64,000 bases of DNA, taken from contig MU058103.1 of the NCBI GenBank assembly GCA_013265495.1, forward strand, positions 62,001-126,000, in the 5' to 3' direction. Below the pieces are notes generated by a model. The model worked only from the letters and a program-made list of their open reading frames with translations, was not told the DNA's origin and made no database searches. Below, one piece after another: positions 13,600-24,920 of this stretch. A program made the translations under genes and the position numbers. Origin of the DNA: Vicugna vicugna. Lineage: Eukaryota. How positions within the stretch are numbered: position 1 is the first letter of the stretch; each line of letters begins with the position of its first letter.

Positions 13600-14028
13600 T
13601 GGACTGATTCTTCAACAGGGAGGAGGGGGTCCTCGTGGAGGAGCCTCCTCCCTGCATGAGCATTTCGAGTATGCAGAACGCATCAGCTCAGCCCGGAGCT
13701 GGCAGTTAGCATACACACACACAGACACACAGACACACAGATACACAGACACACACACACACACACACAGAGCAGCGCCTTCCCCTCAAGTGAGGCAGCG
13801 CTAGCAACTGCAGTCCAGCTTCCCGGGCTGAGGGAGCAGCGGCCACTGGCTGATTTGTTGGAGGAGCGCTAGAGCCCGGTTTCAGAGGGACCCAGTGACA
13901 CGCTGCTGTCTCAGCTAGTGGCAGACAGCTACTTCTTCCCCACTGCTTCTCCAGCCCCTGGCGAGAGGGCATCTTCTCCCAAAAGCCAGGCAGCCCAGGG
14001 AGGAGGCTGCTCTGCTCTGAAGGTAAGA
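13600..14028 (+). promoter_or_regulatory. Candidate promoter and non-coding first exon of an unidentified gene, with 5' splice site at 14022/14023
   Basis: Most GC-rich, CpG-retaining non-repeat segment of an otherwise AT-rich, CpG-depleted window. It ends in a consensus donor AAG|GTAAGA. There is no ATG between 13770 and 14022. The TSS position is inferred, not observed. Confidence 0.65.
13711..13769 (+). repeat. Interrupted (CA)n microsatellite
   Basis: atacacacacacagacacacagacacacagatacacagacacacacacacacacacaca. Confidence 0.95.
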
Positions 14029-15530
14029 TGCTTCCTAATAGCTCTCTCCTAAAGTGCCAGCGACCTCACCAGCCGCTTTCAGGTAGGCACGTATGCAGTT
14101 TCTTCTTTCAGGTAATGGAAAACCTTGTCAATCACAGCATTTACTTTGACAAAGACTTTTTCACTATAGGAAGCAGATCGATAAAGGTTTAATAGTTCAG
14201 GAATGATTTTTTTCAGATTTAAGTTGTGATGCAGATGGTCACTCCACCCCTCTCTCCCCAGCCTACCAAATTTTCTGCAAATATGGAACTCAGTTTGTGA
14301 TTTGTAAGCAACTCCGCATGTAGCCTGTGTGTGTTTTTGACCTCTTGAGTTAGTTGACAATTGTTATGCAACTCTGCGTGTGTAATTTAAAGACCTTTAA
14401 ATCTTCTCTTCTGCAGCTGTGAAAAGCACACCTCAGTCTTCTAAGATAAAAGTGATTCAAACTCTTCCTCAGCATTTAATGTTCAGTGATGTAGACAGGA
14501 GTGAAAGTTGCTGAATCACAGAAGTTTAATATTCATGCAAATTGCAGCGTTTGTCAGAGAAAGCCAGGAAGCAAATGTCTTTACATGTTTTTGAGCTCTT
14601 ATGCATCTTGGGATAATGTGGATTTGAAGTGGGGAAGTTTGGGGTTGAGATAAATCTGTCTGTTGTGGTAAGGTGGGTAAATAGATTATTTGCCATGGTA
14701 AAGAATTAACTAGAAGGGATTTCTTCTAAAATGGGTTAGGTTCTAGGATTGAATTCTTAGCTAACAGATCTATCTTCCTAAAACTCTAGCTAAAACTGTG
14801 GTTTCTGGATTTGAATATCTTTGCCTTAGTCATGTTAATCTGCAAATGTCATTGTCCCTCATATTTCTTGACTTATTTTCTTAGTCAAAATTCTAGGAAT
14901 CTTCACAAAGAAAAATTTCAACAATTTTTTAACATCCCCATCCCTTGGTATTCATTTTAATTATTTCATGAACATTATCCCACAAGTTTTGTGAGAGAAT
15001 ACCAGTCTCGATACAGCGAACTTAGCTGAAACAATCATAAGGAAAATGTTTTCTTTGGAAGACATATGTCCTGTATGCAAGTCAGACTCATTGCACCTCA
15101 GAGTTACCACTGAGTTCAAAAGTGAGTTTTTGAAGGAGTTTGTGGTAAGCAGTGAATTAACCAGAGGACGCAGGATTATGTGCCTGGTTTTACAGGCAGC
15201 ACTTTGTATTGTGCTGCACTTGTAAAAGTTAGTGTCTTTTTTCATTATCCCCCTGGGAAGTGCCTCTTAGCCCCTGCACGTCTTGATGACATGTGTGTTG
15301 TGAGGCAGGTGACCTCCATTCTCATGTGGGACCATGGCACATGACTTTAGGTAGATCTAGGTTTATGCCTGAAAGTCGAGATAGCACCTGGGGTCAGAAA
15401 TTTTCAGGCTTGGTCAGCCAGATGCCTTCTCTTCTGATAACGCTAGGAAACTTTTGAGGAAAAAAAAAAAAACAAAACCAAAAATCCAAGAAACAAAAAG
15501 AACAAGAAAACCCCCCAAAATCTCCCCAAA

Positions 15531-15564
15531 CATGCGCGCGCGCGCACACACGCACGCATACACA
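15531..15564. repeat. (CG)n/(CA)n alternating purine-pyrimidine tract
   Basis: catgcgcgcgcgcgcacacacgcacgcatacaca. Confidence 0.9.
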
Positions 15565-17297
15565 GAGACATGAGAAAGCACCTTCATTTTGGCTTTTTGC
15601 TACTATGCACATTGATTCATATTCAAATTTGGGATAAACCTACTCATACTACTTTTTCCACTGATGGCTGTCTGAGCCCAAGGTATTCACATGACTCTTA
15701 GTAAAATGAGGAAATTAAAAGCAGCAAGGGAGATAGAGGGCACATAATTCTTTTTTTGTTTGTTTTTTTTCATGCCTGGTGGGTGGTGTGCACTTGGAAT
15801 GGAATCTTGGGGAGTAGGAGAGAACATTCTCTTTTTGTTTTTCTTTTGCCAATGATGCCCAATTCAGCAAGCAAAATAAGTGATCCAAAGATGGGATCTT
15901 AACCAGGCCTCCCGTGGAGGTGAAAGGTAATTTGATCGAGTTGTTGAGCTGTCTTTTTCATTCTTGGTCTCCTTCACTCTACCTCCTTTCTAATGTAGAT
16001 TTCTGAGGCAGGTAAGGAGTTAGCCAGTTTCTTGCACATTATGGATCACCATTCAGAGCTGTCTTTGCTGAGAGGTAATCAATTTCATTTTATTTGGAGC
16101 CAGAGGTGATGACTTCTCTGTCACTGCTGGCTCCTTGTCCGTCACCAGCCTTCTTAATTTTAAAGCACTTTTTTTCTTCCTCTAGATCTGATAGCCTTTC
16201 CTGGGTAGCTTGGTGAATTGGTGTCTCGGGGAATTTTTAAAAATAAAGGCCAGAATGAACACTATAGATTAATTCAAAGAAGCAGGTTAATGTTCAGTGC
16301 TGTTGTATCCCACACATTTCCATTCCCAGCAGTCAGTAGGGTAGGGTTGATGGTGCTGTCCACAGACATTTCTACACATGCATGATGACTCTGCAGACCT
16401 ACGCTGACCAAGGGAAAAGGAGGAGAAGGAAAAAAATACAAGCAAAAGTTATCAGCTTTCATGAAATGCAAACAGGTGCTGAATAGCGAGAAAACCATAT
16501 AGTTATACTCACAAGCTGATGTTCCCCAAATTGTTTTGGATTATACCCGAGCTCTAACAATGGCATATTGTATGCACCCTTCAGGGCTGCACTGAGTGAT
16601 AGCTGTAAATTAGAATGAAGAGAAGAAAATGCTCTACAGTTTCAATATTGAAGAGAATTAGGATCCAGATGGTAAAGCTTTTTATAGCAATACATTGGAT
16701 GGTGTTACAAGCTTCTGTGGCTACTGTCCTATTGCATTCTCTCTGCTAAAATGCAGTTTGGTGGAGAAATTGATTGCAAAGAGCCATCTTACAAACCTAG
16801 GAAAGTGAATTACCTCTCCATGTTAAATTCCCCATCTTTGTTGGCTTGTTTTCATTTCCCTAATTCTTAATTTTCTTCCACTCAAATTCCAAAAACAATC
16901 AAAAGTAAATAATGTGATTGTTTTTTAATTTTAAGGTAGTGCTTTCTTTTCTTTCTCCCACTCCTTTTTCCTGCTCGTTATCTTTCTCATTACGCATGCA
17001 TTTAAAAAGTATATGAGAATGTTTGGACATGGATGGAGAGTAGTTACTAGGTTTCCATCTGGCTTTCTACATGTCTAAGAACAACTCTTCTAATTATTCT
17101 GTCTCTGTAAAGACAATTCTAAAGAGAATTTTGGGGGGAGCAGCATAGGTATGTCCTTGCCAAGACTTTAATTTTTTTTTTTTTTTTTGCTTTGAAGGGA
17201 TCGTTTTTCTCCTTTCTGTTCTCTGTAGTGAGAATCTCATTGCTTCCAACCTCTGGGGCCACAGAGACATCTCTACTCAGGCATAACTATAGAGAGT

Positions 17298-17314
17298 GAG
17301 CCACCTAGTGGTGA
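17298..17314 (-). promoter_or_regulatory. Candidate CTCF binding site
   Basis: Minus strand reads TCACCACTAGGTGGCTC, a full match to the CTCF core CCASYAGRKGGC. Confidence 0.6.
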
Positions 17315-20056
17315 TGAAGAGTAATTTTGATATTCTTACCTGAGCCTTCCAAGTTGATGGACAGGGCATGGCTAATCTTCTGCTATAATGCAAAAGGGTT
17401 TTGGTTTTGTGAAAGCTTCCTTTAGTGGCATTCTGCTTTCAAATAAATTGTTTAGTTACAATACAACATTTTTCACTTTATGCTTGATTTTTCTAACCTG
17501 GTATATCCTATCTCTTTTACTTCAAATGTTTATTTTTTGTATATATAAATTTTAAAAATGCTTCTCTTATTTTTCATATATTCAATAATACATATTTTAT
17601 ACATATGTTATACAGATTAAAGTATAAAGATACTTCAATAAAGAAAATACTTTATAAATAAAGCAATAAAATGACATGTTTCCCCACGGTATTTATGTTG
17701 CATTTTGAATAGCTTATATATAAAAATAGGTTACTACATCTACATGTTCATCCTTGAGAAAATATTCTTATATCTATAGTTATATGAAAAGGATATAAAA
17801 TATATGTGCACATATCAATGTATGCCTTTGTCTTATATCAAAATAGGGTTATTAGGTGTCATTTCCTATACCTTTTTAAGACTAATCTGGCTAATCAGGT
17901 ATCAAGGTTACAGCAAACCCATGCCTTGTTTCCTTTTCTTTTCAAATTAGCTCTCTCTCTACTTCAGATCAGCACTAGCATTAGTATGTAGGAGGCGTAT
18001 CTCTTGGCTGGAAACAACTCTTTGAAAAAGTTGTGACTGAGGGTATGCCTTTGGGAAATGGAAATATATCCAGAATATACAGAAATATAGATAGAAGTGT
18101 GAAGTTACTGTGCAGATAAATTATTAATCCATGTGATTATTTCCAATTTAGAAGAACTGGGAGCAGGTAGGGGAGATCCCATTAAACCAGAATTTCTTTT
18201 AATTGTGTTTTACTCTGAGCAAAAATAAAAACAAATTTGAGAAGTCCAATGGCAGGTAATTTGGTTAAATCATTCAATCACTATTCAGCAATGGTGCTAA
18301 ATGGAGAACATCCTGTCTGGAATCAAGTGTGTAGATTTGCTTCCTAGGTCTTGAATCCAGTCTCCTAGGCAGCCCCGTCGTATCCATGCTGTTCTTCAAC
18401 TCGCTCATTTATGTGGGAACTTAGCCAGTATAAACTAATAATTCTCTGTATGCATTCTTTTAAAACATACAGCAGAAAGACATTGTTCTGAAAGTTTTTC
18501 TTCCAAGTAAGTTATCTGTAGCTTGAAATAAGAATACATATATAAATTAATGATTCCTTATTTAATCTCAGGAAAAGTTATCATGTAATGCTCCACTTGT
18601 TTGAGACCTCAATTGCTATGTCTTGTTCCATTTATTCTCCTTGAAGTAGAATCTGGTAGAATAAAATTGTTCTGTTCATCAAGGGCCAACTCCCAAGTCA
18701 CTGTGAGGAAATACAAAGAGCACATTAACATCGTTTCAGTATAACAGGTAATAACTTTGAATATTTGGACCTTCAGAACATCTCCACTAAGTTTGGTGTT
18801 TCTGAAAATTATTTAAAAGCTTGTCATTTATCTATGAATTTCCTTTTGAGGTTTTCCCCATGTGTGTCAGTGATGGGAAGTGCAGTCTTGATTGGAATTT
18901 AGTTTGATTTTCACAGGCCAACATTCTTTCAAGCCTCTAAAGTAGAACTTGATGATGTGTGTTACTCGATGCACATGATGCTGTCATCATTTTAATATAG
19001 TTCAGGATGATGGCTAGTAAGCAACACAATTATTCACTCATAAAAAATAGGGGAAAAAGGAAAAAAGGGCCCTTTATTTCACCTGACTTTAGGATATGAA
19101 GCATTGCAAAGAAAGCAACCCCCCTACTCTCTCTCCCTCCTGCCTACCCTCCTCTCCTCTCTCCCTTCCTCCTTTTTTTCCTTTTTCTATTTTCTTCTAC
19201 CAATCCAATATACTTATTTAACCTCCTATTTTTCCATTTAAGGATCTAAAAATACCCAGTCAACTTTCACTCTCTGAATTGTGATGCATTTGGTTAATTA
19301 TTTTCCACAATGTCCTTTAAATGTATGTAAACTAGACTTTTGATGAACTGGAATATTTTACAGACTCTCTACATAAATCACACTAGGTTAAAAAAAAATC
19401 AACCTATTTAAGAAACAGGATATTTTTGGACTTCCCTCATTTGCTTCAGAGACGAGGACGTCTCAATGCTGCTGCTTTTAAGTATACGCCTTTAGGGGCA
19501 GGCGGCCGGCACACTTTTCAGAGAACATATTCCTCCATTTACTTCTGGCTTTAAAGAAAGCTTAGCATTTGCCTACTGTGCACACTGAAGCTGTGAATGG
19601 GCAGGTGTGGCAATGTAAACTCTCCTGGTTTCTAGGCTAGTTTTCCAAGGTAATGTTTATTTATGAATATGTTTATGTATTTGCTTTTATAATTATATTT
19701 ACTATTATCATTATTATTTAATTAGAAGCAGTAATTTAGAAAACAATCCCACTCATCTATTTATGCAGTGATCTAAAATGCATTCTTAAATGCATATGCA
19801 GCATTCTTAAAGTGATTATAAATTGTCTTCTTGAAAACTCAAGTAATAAGAGAGTGCTTAGTCATAATCATTCTAAGTAAAATGTGTCACTTAGAATAAC
19901 TCAACTGGCTTACCTACTGTGGCTAAAAAGATTGTCAGATCATTTTTCCTATTATCTTTTCAAATACCCAGCAACAGTGACTATATCCTGTACTCGTGGT
20001 TTTCCGTAATTTTAGGATGAAAAATTTCCAATCTACATCTGTTCCTCATAATGACT

Positions 20057-20246
20057 GTTTTCTTTTTACTTTTCTTTTCTTTCCTTTTCTTTTCTTTCCT
20101 TTTCTTTTCTTTCCTTTTCTCCCTTCCTTCCTTTCTTTCTTTCTTTTCTTTCTTTCTTTCTTCCTTCCTTCCTTCCTTCCTTTCTTTCTTTCTTTCTTTC
20201 TTTCTTTCTCTTTCTTTTCTTCTTTCTTCCTTTCTTTCTTTTTTTT
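20057..20246. repeat. Compound (TTTTC)/(TTCC)/(TTTC)n polypyrimidine microsatellite
   Basis: About 190 nt of almost pure C/T. It produces the spurious K/E/R-rich and F/L/S-rich ORFs in the track. Confidence 0.95.
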
Positions 20247-20964
20247 GAGGGGGGGTCTCCATTATTATCACTGTTTTCTGAGTCCCTTATTATTCTCTTT
20301 AAATGTAACGACAATGTAAAAACAGTATTTCCAATACAATAAGGAAAATAATATGCCCAACGCTGCTTCACATTCTAGGGATTTTACTTTAGAGTGATTG
20401 GATATAAAATGGTTGCTTGGTAAATCCGCATAACAGTCTCACCTCAAGGGGGCTGGGATTTTGTGTTGGCAGCTCTCTGAGAAGGCTCAGGTGTGCGGGC
20501 TGAACAGTAAACTGATGTTCTCCGTGATTCAAGGGCTTGAATGGAGGATACCTAAGGAATTCTCGACTCTTTAGCCCAGGACTTAAGAAATGAAGTTAAT
20601 CTCTGAAGGAGAACCAGGAAATGCTTTAACCAGTATATAGACCTACCAGTTTGGCTGTGTCTCCATTTTAAGACTTTAGAAGAGTGTCATCTTGTGCATA
20701 GGAATGAGAATTTCATGTCATTTTTTTCTGATTTCACTGACCACCTGGGCTCATTATCCAGATTTTCTTATACTCAGCACAGATGTTGCATTTGTAAAAA
20801 GGTGTGACTCATGTGTCTCAAATTGTCTGGACTACCCTGAATTTTGGTATTTGTTCAAAACATGAATATATCCTTCAACCATAGTTTAGGTGAAAAAAGA
20901 AGTACTGAGATGAACATTAAAAGGACATACTCTTCCACCTAAAGTGATACATCAACCACTTTTG

Positions 20965-21199
20965 TTTACCTTTATTTTTAATTTTTTATTGAAGGATAGT
21001 TGACTTACAATGTTGTGTTAGTTTCTGGTGTACAGCATAGTGATTCAGCTATATGTATATTCTTTTTCTTTGTAGGTTACTACAAGGTATGGAACGTAGT
21101 TCTCTATGCTATACAGTAGAACCTTTGTGTTTATTTTATATGTAGTAGTTTGTATCTGCTAATTCCAAACACCTAATTTATTGCCCCCATTTACCTTTA
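20965..21199 (-). mobile_element. Short L1 3'UTR insertion with a 10-bp TSD
   Basis: 'ttattgaaggatagttgacttacaatgttgtgttagtttctggtgtacagcatagtgattcag'. Flanked by TTTACCTTTA at 20965-20974 and 21190-21199. Confidence 0.85.
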
Positions 21200-24100
21200 A
21201 GATAGATATGGGAGTAAAAGAAAAAAAGAGGATTTAACTAACAATGACAGTTTTGCCTTTGATAACATCCCTGGAAAAAATCACTTTTAAACATTTAAAA
21301 TTCTTTTTACATTTTCTGCCTGATGCTTTAGAGAAGAGTAAGAATAACTCTCTTATATATATAGCCATTTGCCGTATGTAAAATTTTACAGACATTTTAT
21401 GGGTTATGGCTCCTCTCCTCTGCAAATTTTTTGAGGTTAAGGACTGTTTCGCATAAATCAATGTTACCAAAATCTTTACAGTGATACAAATTACCTGTCA
21501 TGCTTTTAAAAAAAAGTCTTTCCACTAACCTCCCTTGGAAATTATTCTCATTTAGGGTTTCTAGAATGGTCCACAAGAATTAGTACTTTTAGCTAATAAT
21601 TCATGTAATCACATTTGTAGAAGTTTAGCAAACACTGAGATAGATCTTTGTGTGTTTACTGTGCCTTGCACATAGTAGCACTTAAAAAACAAAACAAAAC
21701 TAAATTACACCTTATTAGTCCTTTCCTGCTGATACCTTTTTAAACCTCGAATCTGTGATCCAACCCAGTTAGCTTAGTGACACTGCCTTAGGTCATCAAT
21801 GAATTTAGTGAGTGAGTCATATACATCTTCTGCATTTTTATCTATAATGTTGAACAAGGTGGAGCTCAACAACCTGCCAGAAGTATCCTTCTAGTTGGGC
21901 ACTGAAGCAAAAATTCACATTAGTTGTTGTCAGTGCTTAACCTACAAAGCCATCTAATTAAGCATCCCTTATTCTACATGCTTTCACTCTGTTGGTAAGG
22001 ATCTAATTCAGTTGAGACTTTGTCAAATCATTACTGAAATTACCATCTTTTAAAATAACAACTTTGTAAGGTGATCTAATTTAAAAATAGTTTTGTTGAT
22101 ACAATTTCTTAAAAGCTCACGTAGGCTTTGAGTAATCACTACTTCTTTTTTGGAAACTTTACAATCTCTGCATAATAATCAATTATAGGATTTTCTGGTA
22201 GATGGGTGATAAGCTTACAAATTTACTTTTCCTAATCATCAGTCTTCAGAAACTCTCCAATTCTCTGGGATTTTTGAACAATTACCGAGAGAATTTTTAC
22301 TGTCACATCTGGTGAACACCTTGTTCAGGTATGTGTTCTGTAACTACATTCCTGCCTCTTATTGGTTTAAATCCAGACTGGCCTACATTTGTGTTAGTTT
22401 ATAATATGAATGGATACTTTTTTCCTTTGAAATAAAAAATTTGTTGGGTAATTTGACTTCCCTCAGTTTTTACTGAAAGTTACATCATTGATTCCAAGGA
22501 AGTTAACCCATCCCTTCCATATTCTTGTTTTTATTGCAAACATGCCTAAATTAGCTTTTAAAAAATCATTTTCAGCATTTTTAGGGATCTCAGTTCAGCG
22601 TAGATTTTACCCTTGATGAAAAAATTTATATAGGCAATTTTACATATTAAATGTTTCTTATGCCAAGATCTGCATGAGTACTAAAAACTTGGACTGATGC
22701 CATCTATCATCAGTCCTTCAAGCATTTGACCTGGCATTCAGTCAAAACCACAGAATAAACTGCTTTAGGAAGCCCTGATGTGAATACTATGTTTGATGAA
22801 TGTAATATTATTTTATGCAAATTTGGGGACATTATAACACTGTTAAAACATTCAGTTCAAAACTTGAGTCCTATTTGCTGTTGACATTTTGCATTTGGGA
22901 GTGTGTTAAGGAAAGCATTTTGAGACATAATCAGAATTGGTCAGAAAAAAAGTGTTAAAAAGTGAAATCATAATCATCCACAAAATAATTAAAATCACAG
23001 TGTATTTCTAATAGGAAAAAGTTACATTTTGTGAGTTTTTTTTTTAAGTAAAATCATGTAAGTGAGAGGTAGCAGGTACTTAGATTTGTTTACAAAAAAT
23101 AAATTAATAAATAAAAACCCAGCCTAGAAACACTAGTTATGAATTACAGGATTCCAGCAAGATAAAAATTACATACAAGTGAATTTTATAGTCAATACTG
23201 GTATATAGAGTAGTTTCAAAAAATATATATTACTTCATCTCTCCCTGTGGCTATTCCCTGGGGACAAGTGAGGAGCTGTTTTTAGGTTGATGAATATTTC
23301 ATTTGTTTTCAGTTGTATTTTCAGTTTGCTATGGGGAGGGAAGACTCAGAATGTGGTAGGGAAGTATCAAGGGAGTTTGAGTAACTGTTACACAGACTAA
23401 GAGACTGAATATTATTTCACTGGGTAATAACAAACCTTTTCCTCTAAGTCTGTCTCCTAGTATCAGTATTTCCTTCTTGGGTAATACAACCCAAAGCAAT
23501 GTAGTAAAGCCATCAGCTTAAAATGTTTTCACAAGCTATGGGAAGGGTATGGTACATTTGGCTTATATTAGATATACTCTTCAGGGAATGTTGAAAAACC
23601 ACCCATATCCTGACTTTAGTGGCCTCAGACATATTTCTTTCCCCTAATCCTATTAGAGAATCCTAATCAGGAGCCTTTATTTAGGGAAGGGAGAAAAGGT
23701 CCAAAAGGTTCTGTACGATTCCAACATAAGACCTGTTTCATAGAAGCCGAGGGTGAGTGTCAGGGAAACGTCTTTTGCTTCCTTTTATTTTCATATCTCT
23801 AGGTTGTGCATAATTTAAATCTTTTGCTTGGCTAAGCTTTTGTAGAGAAAAGAAAAAAAATTGAATAAAATAGGTGTGAGTAAAAAACAAAAAGCAAAAC
23901 TGAAGCTTAGAGAATGCATCTAAGATGGTGATTCAAGAATTCAGTACTTTAATTGTCATCCTTGCAGGGGCAGAGGAAATTGAGATCAGGATCAGAATTA
24001 AGATGGATTGTGGATGGTCAGAATAAAGTGCTCACCCAACATCCTAAGTTGCAAGATGTGAAGCACTGCTCTAATATGACATCTGAAAGGCAGCCTCATA

Positions 24101-24749
24101 GAGGGGTAATATAGGGTCTGCAAGTAACTCATGTGACTGCCTCAGACACCCTCGAAACTCAGGTGACTTTTTATTAAAAAAAATACTTGTAAAAATAAAG
24201 AGCACAACACCTCACCTTCCTGTTTTTTTCCCCCCAGTTCACTGCATCTCTTCTCTGTCACCATGGTTGCCGTGTGAACTCCTGAGCAGTCAAATATGAC
24301 AGTGCTGACAGAAATCAGGAGGGGAGGGCCCATGGTTTTGGGTGTTTAGTTTTAATTTTACCTTTTTGTGGCAGATTTTCTGCTTGGCATCTTATGGAGT
24401 GTTGTCTATTTTCATCTTCAAACCAATCCCAGGAGATGAGTTCTATGATTGTTTACCTTTCAGAGATGAGGAAATTGAAACCCTAGGAAGTTCCAAGGAG
24501 GTCACAGAAATTCTGACCAGAAGGCCTTAGCTTCATTGATAATTGGTGATATATTTAGGAACAGAGTCTAGATATTCCTTTATCCTTTATTCTATCCCCA
24601 CCACAGTTTTCTAGCTGTATTATAGCAAGTGCAGCTAAGTGAATACATACTTCTCTACTACTCCTAGACCTTTTTCCTAAGCCCTGTGGGAGAATGTGAG
24701 GATGGATTTCAACCACCTGTTTCATATCATGTTTCTGTGTTCCAACTGG

Positions 24750-24920
24750 ATGATCTTAGGTTACCTAATCTCTGTGTGTTATCAGTTTACTGATCTATAA
24801 AATGGGACAGTAGTGTCTTCCTCATGAAGTTGGAGTAAGGATTAAATGCGCCCACATAGGTATACAAAACTCTTAGAATGGTGCTTGATACATAGTGAGC
24901 ACTTTCTAAGCATTAAGATA
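24750..24920 (+). mobile_element. MIR SINE
   Basis: 'tcagtttactgatctataaaatgggacagtagtgtcttcctcatgaagttggagtaaggattaaatg...cttagaatggtgcttgatacatagtgagcact'. Confidence 0.7.

Noticed and set aside
16351..16484. REST/RE1 half-sites GGTGCTGTCC and GGTGCTGAA
   Set aside because: They are in the correct order but over 100 bp apart, far beyond the canonical or known non-canonical spacing.
19981..20371. Overlapping K/E/R-rich and F/L/S-rich ORFs
   Set aside because: Translations of the (TTTC)n microsatellite, not genes.
23956..23976. 'tgtcatccttgcaggggc' resembles antisense U6 snRNA; similar 'cagggcatggctaatcttct' at ~17362
   Set aside because: Matches are only about 18-20 nt with indels, and the flanks do not continue the U6 sequence. 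Consistent with chance.
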